Below, piece after piece: positions 1-10,752 of a stretch of DNA of 64,000 nt. Both the position numbers and the translations under genes were made by a program. Within the stretch, counting starts at the first letter, position 1. Every line of letters begins with the position of its first letter. The stretch is taken from the IMG/VR virus record IMGVR_UViG_3300047095_000752, positions 62,001 through 126,000 of that record. The stretch is one strand, 5' to 3'. The notes under the pieces were generated by a model. It searched no databases and was not told where the DNA came from. It saw only the letters and a program-made list of their open reading frames with translations.

Positions 1-492
1 GACTTCAAGCTTATCGAATTCGTTGAATGAATATTCGTTATTTGAATGTTCCACGTTGCGGAGCTTGCTGGCGAAGTCCGGGAGCGTGGCGAGATTACGC
101 TGCACTTTCTCCCGTGGTGGAGCCTTGGGCTTGGCGGTTGTGTTTGCGTTTGTAGAACCCTTGGGACGACCGCGACCACGCTTCACCGTAACAACAGGGG
201 CTTCATGTTGCACTGTTGGTGAAGTGATGGGTTGTGTGGGTTCGGGATCTGATGTGTCGGAATTAATATTGAAGATACCGAGAGCTTTGCTATATTCGAC
301 ATCGTCGTCGTCTTCTTCTTCGATGTCTTCATCTTCATCTTCGTCAATATCTTCGTCGGGTTCGTATGATATAATCGTGCGGGGTTCAAGAAATGGGTTC
401 GTATTGTCTTCGACACTATCAAAATTGAATGCGTCGTTGATGTTTGAAATAAGTGAATCGGTATCATTAACTTGGTCTACGTGTTCTGACAT
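1..492 (-). CDS. Acidic low-complexity protein with AT-hook motif (partial, runs off window)
   Basis: Manual translation from ATG at 492: MSEHVDQVNDTDS...EDEDEDIEEEDDDD...KRGRGRPKGS; frame open to position 1; not in the ORF track. Confidence 0.75.
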   Translation of the reverse strand, partial: MSEHVDQVNDTDSLISNINDAFNFDSVEDNTNPFLEPRTIISYEPDEDIDEDEDEDIEEEDDDDVEYSKALGIFNINSDTSDPEPTQPITSPTVQHEAPVVTVKRGRGRPKGSTNANTTAKPKAPPREKVQRNLATLPDFASKLRNVEHSNNEYSFNEFDKLEV

Positions 493-513
493 GAAAGTCA
501 ACTCCAATAACCA

Positions 514-906
514 TTACGAGAATGGCTTAATGTTTGGTGAGAAGTGTTTCTTGGCGTGTAGTTCAAACGATTCAAACTTCGCCTTTGCGATATTACTTAG
601 ATCTCTTATGCTGTCTATGTCATTTAATTCATCACTTACAAATATAATAATTTCATCTGGAATTAATTTTTGTACTTTTAATACAGCTTTACGGTATGAG
701 TATGGATTTGGTTTAAATACCTTCCCGCCCGTATATATTTTCACTGGATATATCCCGTGTTTAAAGCACCACCACATTATTTTAAACCGTGAGAATATAG
801 TCCTATTGGTCACCAAATAATAGTCTATATCGTACTCGTACAATATATTATTTTTTGGATCGAAATTCTTTTGCAATGTTTCGAACGATAGTATTATATT
901 CTTCAT
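514..906 (-). CDS. Hypothetical protein, degenerate HAD-like C-terminal motifs
   Basis: KPNPYSY and IIFVSDELNDI resemble HAD motifs III/IV, but there is no N-terminal DxD. Confidence 0.4.
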   Translation of the reverse strand: MKNIILSFETLQKNFDPKNNILYEYDIDYYLVTNRTIFSRFKIMWWCFKHGIYPVKIYTGGKVFKPNPYSYRKAVLKVQKLIPDEIIIFVSDELNDIDSIRDLSNIAKAKFESFELHAKKHFSPNIKPFS

Positions 907-1009
907 AATAATTCCAACAATAAAAATATAGGTTTCATATTATAACAACTATAGACCTTTAAGTAAAGTTGACCCCATCTTTGTAAAAAAGATGAATGAG
1001 ACTTAAGGT

Positions 1010-1029
1010 CAATAATTAATATATATAAT
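1010..1029 (-). promoter_or_regulatory. AT-rich repeated motif (putative phage early promoter)
   Basis: + strand CAATAATTAATATATATAAT, one of 9 near-identical copies upstream of minus-strand genes. Confidence 0.55.
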
Positions 1030-1043
1030 AGCATTGGATTCGT

Positions 1044-3515
1044 TTACATCCGGAGTTCTTCGTCAGCTTGAATCCATTCCTTTTGAGTATGTGTTATTAA
1101 TAATACGAGGTAGTCTTTGGATAGCATTTCAAATATACTCACCACTATAGACGAATTCTCTTCATCGAGGGAATCTAATAATTCGTCAAGTAAAAGTATA
1201 TTAGTTTTATACCCAGACATATATTCTAACAGATATCGTATACACAGTAGAATAATAATATTAGCAAGTTTAGTCTCACCGGCAGATAGGTCGGCGTATT
1301 CGGATAGTTTTGTATTATGTACAACATTTATACTGAATTTATTGTTACTCTTACCAGACTTTAGTGTCTTCTGGCTTGAGAACGTGACACGTAAAACGCC
1401 TATGAACTCCGATAGTTCTCTGGCTTTTTTATTGAGAATTGGAATGGACTCATCCATGAGAACAGACTTTATGCCTACATCCCCGAAAGCCTTCTTCCAA
1501 AATTTAACGATTTCAAGCTCTTCGTTTACGGCTTCGACTGCGGTGTAAAGATTTGCTTTTTCCGCACCCAATATTTTTATATTATCTTTTGTAGTTTTAA
1601 TAAATTCTTTTGTATTTTTCTTTACCGCTAATGTTGTTGATGTGATCACTTCCATCTTTTTAGTTATATCCGACAATTCTTCATTTTTAGAATTTATTGT
1701 ATCTTGTCGCTCATTGAGGGATCTGAGGTCGATATTGATATTCGATTTATCGATTTCGCATTGGTGTATTTGTTGTTCATACGCCTGTATAGATGATATG
1801 TGTCCGCCCTTAAACTCCGCTACTTTAGCTTGAAAGTCTGTATTGAATTTAGTCTTAAGTTTGGTAATTTCATTCTTTATATGATCACCTTTAGTATCCA
1901 ATTGAATTTTTAACTGGTCTAGTTTATTCTTAAGTGTTTCAGTTGATAGTGTGAGTGTAGATTTGAATCCAGTTATATCACCATTAAGTTTAGCTATTTC
2001 TTCTATTTTTGGAGTTGTCAATTCTTGTATTTTATTGTTAGCTCCGGTTTCAATATTTTCAATAAATTTATTAAAGTTTTCAATTATATTTACTTTTTCT
2101 TGTTCTTTAGTGGACTTTTGTTGAAAACAAATTGAACGAAGTTCAGATTCATTAATTAGATTTGACTCCAGATTTACTTTATCATTTTGGAGTCTTGTTA
2201 TAGTGTCATTTATACTTTGTATATTATCGTTTAGAGGCTGATTGCATGTATTACATTTATTCAATGCTTTAGATTGTTCGTATGATTGGATTTGGGTGTC
2301 TATTGCCGCCATATTAGTATTTATATTACTTATTGTTGAGTCGTGCCGCAAGAATTTAGATTCAAGTTCATGCAACTCATTATTAACTGTATTTAAATTT
2401 AGAGTATACTTATCAGTTTCTTGTTTTATATTATTTTCTTTAATTTTATTAATTTTATTTGTTATATCTGTTATCTCGGTGTGTAAATTATTTATATGTG
2501 ATATTATTGTATTGATCGTCTTAGCCGTTTCATTTTCAATTGTGCTAAGCTCGGATGTTTTATTAGTTATATCATTATTTAGTGCTAATATTTCATCCGA
2601 GAACGAATTATTCAACTCAGCTTCCATATCTTTATATTCAAGAGTCGCTGTGTTCTTAATAGACTCTAAGTGAAGCTGGTACGATGTTTGTAGTGATTCG
2701 ATCTGAGTTTTAAGTTGAACTTCTTTAGATTCGATATCTTTGATCTTAGCTTGCAATTCAGTTAGTTTATTTATATCTAAATCTGTGATTAAGTTTTCGA
2801 TATGACACTTTAGAACCGTCTTATCTCGGTTTAGATTTTTATACATACCTTCGTTATACAATAAGTTAGTTTTTAATTTATCATTTTCAGAATTTATATT
2901 ATTATTGTGTAGTTCTATTTTACCATCTATACCTTCAATCTTATATTGAATGTTATCGAGATCTCGCTTTAGTATATTTGTATTATTTGTTAGTGTCTCA
3001 TGGTGCTGATCGAATCGGTCTAACATTAGAATACTGTCTAGAATTTCCTTTTGACCCGAGTGCGTCATATTCACAAAAGATCTTGCTATATATTGTGAAA
3101 ACAACATCGTATTCAAGAAAACATCTTTATTTATAAAAATTGAATTTATGATCTGATTTGTAGCCTTGACATCCATGTCCGTGGATAATTGAGTTCCATT
3201 TTGATATAAGATTTTTGTATTTTTGTATTTGGAATGTTTTCTATAATTATGGATTTCATATTCGACACCGTCTTTTTCGAATACTAATTTAACATAACAA
3301 TTTTTACCAACTATATTATTTACTACAGCATCGCCACCTAAGCCCTTCGAAGTCTCATCGAAGATAGCCCAGATTATAGCGTCAATTATAGTTGTCTTAC
3401 CTGAGCCATTTGCCCCAACAACCATTAGTAATTTATTTGTACTAAGATCCATATCAAATAATGTATGGCATTTAAAATTTTCTAGATATAAACTTTTGAA
3501 GGTTATTGTCTTCAT
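1044..3515 (-). CDS. sbcC: SbcC/Rad50-like (T4 gp46-like) SMC ATPase
   Basis: Walker A GANGSGKT, long coiled coil with CNTC zinc hook, signature LSAGE, Walker B LLLDE, H-loop ITH. Confidence 0.93.
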   Translation of the reverse strand: MKTITFKSLYLENFKCHTLFDMDLSTNKLLMVVGANGSGKTTIIDAIIWAIFDETSKGLGGDAVVNNIVGKNCYVKLVFEKDGVEYEIHNYRKHSKYKNTKILYQNGTQLSTDMDVKATNQIINSIFINKDVFLNTMLFSQYIARSFVNMTHSGQKEILDSILMLDRFDQHHETLTNNTNILKRDLDNIQYKIEGIDGKIELHNNNINSENDKLKTNLLYNEGMYKNLNRDKTVLKCHIENLITDLDINKLTELQAKIKDIESKEVQLKTQIESLQTSYQLHLESIKNTATLEYKDMEAELNNSFSDEILALNNDITNKTSELSTIENETAKTINTIISHINNLHTEITDITNKINKIKENNIKQETDKYTLNLNTVNNELHELESKFLRHDSTISNINTNMAAIDTQIQSYEQSKALNKCNTCNQPLNDNIQSINDTITRLQNDKVNLESNLINESELRSICFQQKSTKEQEKVNIIENFNKFIENIETGANNKIQELTTPKIEEIAKLNGDITGFKSTLTLSTETLKNKLDQLKIQLDTKGDHIKNEITKLKTKFNTDFQAKVAEFKGGHISSIQAYEQQIHQCEIDKSNINIDLRSLNERQDTINSKNEELSDITKKMEVITSTTLAVKKNTKEFIKTTKDNIKILGAEKANLYTAVEAVNEELEIVKFWKKAFGDVGIKSVLMDESIPILNKKARELSEFIGVLRVTFSSQKTLKSGKSNNKFSINVVHNTKLSEYADLSAGETKLANIIILLCIRYLLEYMSGYKTNILLLDELLDSLDEENSSIVVSIFEMLSKDYLVLLITHTQKEWIQADEELRM

Positions 3516-4523
3516 TTATTCCCTTGGCTCCAGATTCGTTAGTCCAATTTGAAGATACCGATCCCGATCATATTCTGGTACGTTATTTATCTCTAGATAT
3601 TTTATCATTTGTTCGCCGAGAGCCATTGAAGATGATATACCGCGAATAACATCTTCAGGTTCGTATTTATCAATAACGGGTACTGCAGCTTCTTTAACGA
3701 TATTGCTTATTTCTTTTGGTATTTCTTGTAGGTTATTATGGACAGTTATGAAGTCATCTTTATTTTCTAATATTTGCTTTACTTCTTCAAAATTAGTATT
3801 TTCATCGATTTGGATATCTACATATTTTCTAAAGCCGGTTACTTCAACGAATTCAGTCTTTAGAGTTTCATCATCGAATACAATAAAACCTTTAGGTCCC
3901 TTTTCTCCACGGTTCATAGGAACTAGAGTACCGGGATAATGGATATGATCTACAGTTTGGTGGGTATGATAATCGCCGAGTAATACGAGTTTGAATTTAT
4001 GTAGATCCTTTTTAGTAAAGCGCGTAGATACCTTCAGCCCACTGTCCGTTGCTGCCTCGCTTAACGGGAAGTGTGATATCAATATATCATTCGGTTCCGC
4101 TCCTGCAATATCAGTTTGCATATCTTGTGAGTCGGGTATATACGTTATATTATCAACTACAGTCGGATATACATGAACAGTTGTGTTCGGCATGGTCTTG
4201 AATAATGATACTGAATTCTGACCTACATACAAACTGGATCCATCGTGGTTGCCGGGGATGAATACATAATTTAATTTATCACAATATTTCAATAATAATT
4301 CTTGGAATAGATAAAATGGTCTGGTGTAGATCGTGTTTCTATGATGTCCTATATCACCACCAAAAATCACGGTATCGATATTATTTTTAACCCCGTACGT
4401 GAGGACTTGTTCTATAGAATCTAATAATTCTTGCAATTTTAATGTGATGCCATTTTCCAGTTCTACTGTATCATTTGCGAACGGCTGAAGGTGTAAATCT
4501 GCTGTGAATATCTTTTTAGCCAC
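3516..4523 (-). CDS. sbcD: SbcD/Mre11-like (T4 gp47-like) metallophosphoesterase nuclease
   Basis: ADLH, GGDIGH, PGNHD, SHF, GDYH motifs; abuts sbcC. Confidence 0.92.
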   Translation of the reverse strand: MAKKIFTADLHLQPFANDTVELENGITLKLQELLDSIEQVLTYGVKNNIDTVIFGGDIGHHRNTIYTRPFYLFQELLLKYCDKLNYVFIPGNHDGSSLYVGQNSVSLFKTMPNTTVHVYPTVVDNITYIPDSQDMQTDIAGAEPNDILISHFPLSEAATDSGLKVSTRFTKKDLHKFKLVLLGDYHTHQTVDHIHYPGTLVPMNRGEKGPKGFIVFDDETLKTEFVEVTGFRKYVDIQIDENTNFEEVKQILENKDDFITVHNNLQEIPKEISNIVKEAAVPVIDKYEPEDVIRGISSSMALGEQMIKYLEINNVPEYDRDRYLQIGLTNLEPRE

Positions 4524-4563
4524 GTGACTTACTCACTTTCTTTCTCCGGGTGGGTGGACTATT

Positions 4564-5322
4564 TTAATTTCTATTATCTGTGTACTTCGTAGCTGCCCAT
4601 ACGGTAATCGGGATCTTATCCAACAACGCTTCGTACTTCATTGTGAAGACAGAGCTATACTTCGAATTTTTGTATAGGGTCAATTTCAATTCTTCTGTTG
4701 CTAATATAAACGAATTTACCTCATAGCGGGTATCACAGTAATATGTATTTACACTTAAATTATCCACTGAATGTACATCGAATTTTGTCTCAGATACCAG
4801 ATCGGATGGAATCAAAATAAAACTCGCATGGTCGCCATCTATCTTAAGGGTGACTACGGCGCTCTCCAGTGTCTTGGATGCCTTCTCAATGCGTTTTAGC
4901 ACTGTCCGGTCCATAACTGTCTCAAACACCTTAGATTCGATTGCCTTGGCATTTGTAGATGTTACATTCTCAGGGTCTAGATACTTTGGTTCGAGCATGG
5001 AAGTATCTGGTATTAGGTATGTTATCTTACTCTGAGGATCCATCCAGACATATTTACCTTTTTCAAAGTTCAGACGGACTTCATTATTATCCAAACTAAA
5101 AAGACTTAATAGTGCATGCTGCTGCTTAATGTTATTAATATAAACAGTTGAATTACCAAAATATTTAGTAAGATCAATATCAAATAATAGAGTCCGAGGT
5201 TTATTTAATTGGTGTATTTTACCTTCTTGGATAGTTAGATCCTGACATGAATCCTTTAGATAAGAAAACAAACTCATGATAGATCGAAATTGGTCAGCAC
5301 TGAAGTTCATAGAAACTGGCAT
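4564..5322 (-). CDS. Probable DNA polymerase sliding clamp (gp45/PCNA-like)
   Basis: 252 aa, two-repeat alpha/beta pattern, position in replication cluster; no diagnostic motif. Confidence 0.5.
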   Translation of the reverse strand: MPVSMNFSADQFRSIMSLFSYLKDSCQDLTIQEGKIHQLNKPRTLLFDIDLTKYFGNSTVYINNIKQQHALLSLFSLDNNEVRLNFEKGKYVWMDPQSKITYLIPDTSMLEPKYLDPENVTSTNAKAIESKVFETVMDRTVLKRIEKASKTLESAVVTLKIDGDHASFILIPSDLVSETKFDVHSVDNLSVNTYYCDTRYEVNSFILATEELKLTLYKNSKYSSVFTMKYEALLDKIPITVWAATKYTDNRN

Positions 5323-5324
5323 TG

Positions 5325-5828
5325 TTATTTTTCTCCGTTAAATGTATATGATACGACCATCCATTTAAGATCGCATGTGCGTGGAACTATGATTGGAAAT
5401 TTAGGGATTATATTGAATTTACCCAACCAATTGTAAAAGTTATCTTTAGCCTTCTTGCTTATTTTAGGGTTTTTATTTGGTAGATCGAGTAATGAATCGT
5501 GTCCGTGTTTAATACATTTATTTTTGTTATTTTTGTTTAATTGTACAGGATGTAATATATATCGTTTATCATTTTCAAAATTATACTGACATAAATCAAC
5601 AACAGGTTCTGCGTCAAAGTATGCTTTCTCGAATGCAACTAAATTCAAAAAGAACATTTCAATATCATTCTTCTCAAGGTGTGTGTATATATCATTTATG
5701 TCTTCGACGTGATTGGAATACAGGGATACCATGTCGTTTTGAATTTCATATAAGAATTTGATTGTATCTTCGGAATTCCCAAGCTCAATACCATATACAA
5801 GTTTAACCACTGTCTTTTGGATTTTCAT
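5325..5828 (-). CDS. Hypothetical protein (paralog of 7729-8268 and 36709-37194)
   Basis: Shared N-terminal (L/A)xYG/YA strand and C-terminal WxI/V motif. Confidence 0.6.
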   Translation of the reverse strand: MKIQKTVVKLVYGIELGNSEDTIKFLYEIQNDMVSLYSNHVEDINDIYTHLEKNDIEMFFLNLVAFEKAYFDAEPVVDLCQYNFENDKRYILHPVQLNKNNKNKCIKHGHDSLLDLPNKNPKISKKAKDNFYNWLGKFNIIPKFPIIVPRTCDLKWMVVSYTFNGEK

Positions 5829-5856
5829 TTAACAAGTCCTTTTTAAGGTTAAGGTA

Positions 5857-6222
5857 TTAAGTGTTAGTTATAGAGATAACGTGATTCACTCGGTCTGAAA
5901 CACTTTTAATATTAGTTGATATATTCGTCAATTTATTTTTTAACTGTGTATTTTCATCAAGGAGTTTAGCTTCATTGGAACACTTGTCCAGCCTATCTTT
6001 GAGGGATTTATTTTCAGATATCAATTTTGATATTGTAGTTTTCATTTCACATACCGAGTCTTCGTATACAGATATTAAAAACTCAGCAGAAGCTCCGGGG
6101 TATACAAACCACGCTCCTGTGGATGTTTTTATACAAACCTTGTCGGATAGTTTTGGATCTTCGGATTTTTCAATTTCCCATACTGTATCTGTATAATTTT
6201 CAGTTGGTATTAATACATCCAT
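5857..6222 (-). CDS. Hypothetical coiled-coil protein
   Basis: In-operon ORF with GGAG RBS. Confidence 0.6.
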   Translation of the reverse strand: MDVLIPTENYTDTVWEIEKSEDPKLSDKVCIKTSTGAWFVYPGASAEFLISVYEDSVCEMKTTISKLISENKSLKDRLDKCSNEAKLLDENTQLKNKLTNISTNIKSVSDRVNHVISITNT

Positions 6223-6235
6223 TTGTAACGATCTC

Positions 6236-7648
6236 CTATTTGAGTGAAATGTTGTAGGGCCAGTTCTTTTCGTCGTACACTGCTAGTCGGTCTAATAAAC
6301 CCTTTTCAAAGCTTTGAATTTTTTCGGTTTTATCTCTGTTCCAGACTTTACGAATAGTTGGATCTGTGTCCACAATGTCAAAACATATAGGGCGTTTTTT
6401 ACCTTCAAGTTGGCGGATCAATCTACCAATTAACTGAACTGGATTATTTGTAGGCGATGTCATAATAGCACAGTCGAGATTGGGTCGGTTGTTTCCGTCT
6501 CGGCACGCTTTATATGATGAAAAGACTAACTGTTTAGTATGGAATGCATCTTTCATATTTGTTATATCGGATACCTTCAATATTTCTTTTGGCTTCGCGG
6601 TAGGTAAGAACATACCAATAGATTCTCGTGGTGCCTTACACTTCTCAGCTAAGAACATCAAAGGACTGATATAATTCCCGACGATAAGAGTATTACGGCC
6701 TTCATCAAAAGCTTTATCGATAAGATATACAATTAAACTAACATACATCTCAGACTTTTTACTCTGAGTATAATATTTAGATAACTCGAAAAAACCGGAA
6801 TAGTTTATGTACTTGTATGAATTTTTATTTATATTGAAGTTTGATTTAATAACTAAAATCTTAGGAACAATAGTATCTTTGACGTCGACTTCAAATTCTT
6901 TTATTTCACCAAAGTGATATCCAATAATTTTATTTGAAGGACCGGGTCTCTCGGGGGTTGCGCTCAGGGCTAGGGTTACTCTTGCGTTGACTGATATACA
7001 CGACTTAGAGAAGGTCTCTGCGCCACTCACCGCGTGACATTCATCACACACAAGTACTCCTATACCACATTCCTTGAAATACTTAAGAAAATCATATTTT
7101 TGATTTTTTACTGCAATACCAATTACGTGAGGAGTTGTAAGTAAAACTGATTTATCTAATTCTTTTTTGTATTTCTTTTCTTGTGTGGTCAATACTCCGA
7201 TATCATCTATAGATAAGGTCGTGTGGTCTGTTATTTCTTTTATCCATTGTTTTAATAAATCTTTTTTATGTACAATAATTAATGTCTTTTTCTTTCGGCG
7301 GCACATCATAGCAATTGTGCATATAGTTTTACCAATTCCCGGTAGAGCTTTTAATATGCCATTATTATTTGTTGATAAATAGTCGACGGCTTTAATCTGA
7401 GTATCATTACGAAGTTCAATTTTAGAATCAATATCTATGTCAAGCCCTTCACACGTTTGATCTTCAACCTCATCATTGACGGGATAGTATCTAGGTATTA
7501 GAATTCCATTATTAATATTTTCATAAAATACAAAGGTTTCACTATCAGTTGAGTTGAATTTTTGTTGTGTTATTGTTAGGTCTTTGATTATTGCGTTAAA
7601 TCGTGGGTGGTCGGATGGAATTTCAATACCGGAATTTCGTATAAGCAT
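6236..7648 (-). CDS. Superfamily 2 DNA helicase (UvsW/ResIII-like)
   Basis: PGIGKT, DECH, SATP, QLIGRLIR motifs. Confidence 0.9.
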   Translation of the reverse strand: MLIRNSGIEIPSDHPRFNAIIKDLTITQQKFNSTDSETFVFYENINNGILIPRYYPVNDEVEDQTCEGLDIDIDSKIELRNDTQIKAVDYLSTNNNGILKALPGIGKTICTIAMMCRRKKKTLIIVHKKDLLKQWIKEITDHTTLSIDDIGVLTTQEKKYKKELDKSVLLTTPHVIGIAVKNQKYDFLKYFKECGIGVLVCDECHAVSGAETFSKSCISVNARVTLALSATPERPGPSNKIIGYHFGEIKEFEVDVKDTIVPKILVIKSNFNINKNSYKYINYSGFFELSKYYTQSKKSEMYVSLIVYLIDKAFDEGRNTLIVGNYISPLMFLAEKCKAPRESIGMFLPTAKPKEILKVSDITNMKDAFHTKQLVFSSYKACRDGNNRPNLDCAIMTSPTNNPVQLIGRLIRQLEGKKRPICFDIVDTDPTIRKVWNRDKTEKIQSFEKGLLDRLAVYDEKNWPYNISLK

Positions 7649-7679
7649 GGGTAGCTCCTATTATACACAATTATAACAT

Positions 7680-7714
7680 AAAAAGCCCCGCTTGGGCAAG
7701 GAGTCCAAGCGGGG
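7680..7714 (-). terminator. Rho-independent terminator
   Basis: CCCCGCTTGG/CCAAGCGGGG stem followed by T-run on minus strand. Confidence 0.75.
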
Positions 7715-7728
7715 TAACTAACAATTCT

Positions 7729-8268
7729 CTATTTAATATTACTTGATATAGCCATACCAATCAACCAATTGAATTGAAATCCGGATACATCAACTTTATA
7801 TTCTTTGAAAAATTTAGTGAATTCATTTATTTTTGATGATAGCGACTTTCTACTTATCGTATTTATAAGAAAGTCGATGCCATCCCATTCATCAGTTGAA
7901 TTGTATATATCACAATTTACCACACCGGGTACAAGTAATATAGCAGGAGATTGATTCTTATCCATAACTTTATACCAGTTAAACGGTAAGGGTCCGGGTG
8001 GACCTGAGAATGGAGACAACTCATCAAAGAAATCCAATAGTGTATTTATAATATTTTTATTATCACAGTTAATTAATTTATGAAACAACTCATAGTCTAT
8101 ATCATCTTCTGGATCTAATGTTTTATAGTATGGTTCAAATTTTTTCATGAATTCTATTGATGACTGCTCAGACAATATATGACCATATGCTATATACGAT
8201 TTAACCCCAATCGCGATCTTCATTGGATGTGTCCTTCTCGGTAATCTTCTCTTCAATCTTTTCTTCAT
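7729..8268 (-). CDS. Hypothetical protein (true start probably at MKIAIG)
   Basis: ORF in operon; similar to 5325-5828. Confidence 0.6.
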   Translation of the reverse strand: MKKRLKRRLPRRTHPMKIAIGVKSYIAYGHILSEQSSIEFMKKFEPYYKTLDPEDDIDYELFHKLINCDNKNIINTLLDFFDELSPFSGPPGPLPFNWYKVMDKNQSPAILLVPGVVNCDIYNSTDEWDGIDFLINTISRKSLSSKINEFTKFFKEYKVDVSGFQFNWLIGMAISSNIK

Positions 8269-8524
8269 TCTTTTTGTAATAGTGTTCGTACAGGTGAATT
8301 ATAATCCCAAACGAAACACCAATAATAGTTATACAGATCCAAAGCGGAATGAAGCTGATAAGATATAGAATCGGGTATATAGCTTTCAAAAATATAGCGG
8401 AAACACCAAACCAAAACCATGTAAGAGCTATTATATAAACCATAAATAATCTAAAGTCAGATTTTGTTTCAAGTTTAGATTCAAGTATTACTTGTAAATA
8501 TTTATTTAGTTGCGGCATTTTCAT
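8201..8524 (-). CDS. Small membrane protein (2 TM)
   Basis: Two long hydrophobic segments, charged tail. Confidence 0.65.
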   Translation of the reverse strand: MKMPQLNKYLQVILESKLETKSDFRLFMVYIIALTWFWFGVSAIFLKAIYPILYLISFIPLWICITIIGVSFGIIIHLYEHYYKKNEEKIEEKITEKDTSNEDRDWG

Positions 8525-9830
8525 ATTCCTTTATGATGTAAGATTCTACGCTCGCTATAACTTTTACAATTTGATTAATATTATTTTCAATTTCAGGCTT
8601 ATCTATTTTTACTGTTAGTAATTTCTTAATATTATATTTTTCAATAACTGCTTTCACATCATCTTCAGTTTCTTTAATTTGTTTTGCTATGTCGGTTATG
8701 ATGGTTTCAATTGGAGCCTTAAGTCTAAGTTCGGAAATTATAGGTCGTAATTTTTCAATAATATTTACTTCTTTTAATTGCTCTTCATATCTCGCTTTTG
8801 TATACGCGCAGTATTTTTTATATGTTATTTTGTAATGCTCATAGCACTTTAATAACATTTCATCGACTGACGCTATCCTAAAGGCTTTATTTTCATCCAC
8901 TACATACATTGAATATCTTACATTTGATGTCAATGCGAAGTCAATTGATTTTTTCATTTCATTGTATATCTCTTGTGTATTTCTTTGCTTTATAACTTCA
9001 AATTTAATGCTGGTACCATTCTTCTCATTAGATTCGTCAATAAATGCGATGCTATTAGATGTGATCAAATCATTGTATTTTGCAATTCTGTTATAAACAT
9101 TTTCAAAATTAACTCGCGGTGCCCAGCCGTGTATTGTTATAGTTTTGTTAACTTTATCTTCGGTGTATTGACCTTTTACCGATAGGGTTGCTTCACCTTT
9201 AGTGAGTATAGATTTCAATACATCTTTTGATGATAATATATCGCAATTTGGGATATTGGGTTTTATGATTACATTTCTATCGGTTTTTCTCAATAAATAT
9301 AAAAGTCGTTTATATAATGATTCTCTTTTGTATATGGGGAAGTCAGCTTTAACACCAAATCCGATGGATGATAGTTCTTCTGTACCCATTAAACAAAATG
9401 GAAAGAATGTGGGTAAATATTCCGGTTCTTGGAAATCTAATTCATTCAACGTCCAAGTCACATGCTTCACGTATTTCATTGCAGTATTTTCAACAAATGG
9501 GTGTGCTTTTATGGATGTATATCTGTCCGCCGATGGTGGAGTTGGTTCTATACCAATGGTAGAACCCCACTGACCACCACCGATTGCAAACTTATTTCTG
9601 ATAGCCCAAGTAGCAGGACCAATGCTGGGGGCATGTGGGTGGTATTTACCGAGAAGTTCGCCGTTAGCAGTTACGGTCTTAACTTCTGATTTTGAAGCTA
9701 TTGTATGGAGTACTAACAGAAGCCTTCTTTGAACTGGTAAAAGACCGTCAATGATAGACGGTAGCATTTTTTCTTTGTTTACATAATTGCCATAAGTTTT
9801 ATAGCAATCGATTGCGAGTTTGAAGCTCAC
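8502..9830 (-). CDS. Type IIA DNA topoisomerase subunit A (GyrA/ParC/T4 gp52-like, no CTD pinwheel)
   Basis: DGLLPVQRRLL, KYHPH, catalytic SADRYT; 442 aa. Confidence 0.9.
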   Translation of the reverse strand: MSFKLAIDCYKTYGNYVNKEKMLPSIIDGLLPVQRRLLLVLHTIASKSEVKTVTANGELLGKYHPHAPSIGPATWAIRNKFAIGGGQWGSTIGIEPTPPSADRYTSIKAHPFVENTAMKYVKHVTWTLNELDFQEPEYLPTFFPFCLMGTEELSSIGFGVKADFPIYKRESLYKRLLYLLRKTDRNVIIKPNIPNCDILSSKDVLKSILTKGEATLSVKGQYTEDKVNKTITIHGWAPRVNFENVYNRIAKYNDLITSNSIAFIDESNEKNGTSIKFEVIKQRNTQEIYNEMKKSIDFALTSNVRYSMYVVDENKAFRIASVDEMLLKCYEHYKITYKKYCAYTKARYEEQLKEVNIIEKLRPIISELRLKAPIETIITDIAKQIKETEDDVKAVIEKYNIKKLLTVKIDKPEIENNINQIVKVIASVESYIIKEYENAATK

Positions 9831-9858
9831 TATATTTTCCTTTTTGTGCTAGATGCGA

Positions 9859-10434
9859 TTAGAAAGGAATGTCGTCTACCGGAATCGGCGCGTATTGGTT
9901 TGGGTTATACGCCGGTTGTGGTTGGTTGTTATATTGTGGTGGTGCTTGCTGAGCATATGCTGCCTTTGGCTGGGCTTGTTGATAGCCGCCCTGCTGCTGG
10001 GCTGGGTACTGTGTGTTCCCCGCTCCTGTGGCACCACGGACATCTTCTTGACGAAGAACATCCACCTTATGTGCTTTAACATATGTCTTTTGCTTATTTT
10101 CACCGGATGTCTTATCTACCCAGTTAGACATGTGAAGCGATCCATGAACGATTAGGGGTGAACCCTTACGAACACGTTCGCCAATGAACTGAGCCAGCTT
10201 ATCCCAGATTTCTACATCGTAATAAATAGATGTATCATTCTGAGCCGCCCCTTGTTCCGCTGCACGTTGTTCGGCGGACTTGGGTGGGTTATATGCAAAT
10301 CGGAATCGACATACGGACTTACCGGATTGTGTGGTATTCAGGACAGGATCTGCGACGACCCGACCACTTAGAGAAATAGTATTGATATCAGGTACATTAA
10401 GGGTATTGCCAGTTACAGGTTGATTTGGATTCAT
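9859..10434 (-). CDS. ssb: Single-stranded DNA-binding protein
   Basis: LSGRVVADP, VEIWDKLA, KGSPLIVHGSL OB fold; Q/P-rich linker; acidic DDIPF tail. Confidence 0.93.
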   Translation of the reverse strand: MNPNQPVTGNTLNVPDINTISLSGRVVADPVLNTTQSGKSVCRFRFAYNPPKSAEQRAAEQGAAQNDTSIYYDVEIWDKLAQFIGERVRKGSPLIVHGSLHMSNWVDKTSGENKQKTYVKAHKVDVLRQEDVRGATGAGNTQYPAQQQGGYQQAQPKAAYAQQAPPQYNNQPQPAYNPNQYAPIPVDDIPF

Positions 10435-10448
10435 GCTTACAAGTTCCT

Positions 10449-10670
10449 TTAGATTGCTGTTTTATTTTTTGATGATTTGTTTGCACAGGAGCTACAAAAC
10501 CATTTGTAGTCCACATTTTTCCACCCATATCCATTTAATACTTCGACGTGATCTTCGTCATAAATATCTATAAATACAGGTACTTCATTCTTTCGATTTT
10601 TTAGAATTTCTTCACATTGTGAATTTGAAAATAAATTATTCTCACAATAAAACTCTTTCTGGTGAGTCAC
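10449..10670 (-). CDS. Small hypothetical protein with CxxC
   Basis: GW...WFCSSC; GTG start with purine-rich RBS. Confidence 0.5.
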   Translation of the reverse strand: MTHQKEFYCENNLFSNSQCEEILKNRKNEVPVFIDIYDEDHVEVLNGYGWKNVDYKWFCSSCANKSSKNKTAI

Positions 10671-10752
10671 TTTCTTCTTCCTTCTGTTAGATTGTTGATT
10701 GATGTTGGGGGTTAGCTAACTGTATATATGATATCACATGTAGGGTTAGTTG

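Noticed and set aside
23-820. 265-aa plus-strand ORF, and other plus-strand ORFs such as 28081-28770 and 63367-63930
   Set aside because: Antisense shadows of better-supported minus-strand genes; the poly-Ser tract is the reverse of a poly-Asp/Glu tract
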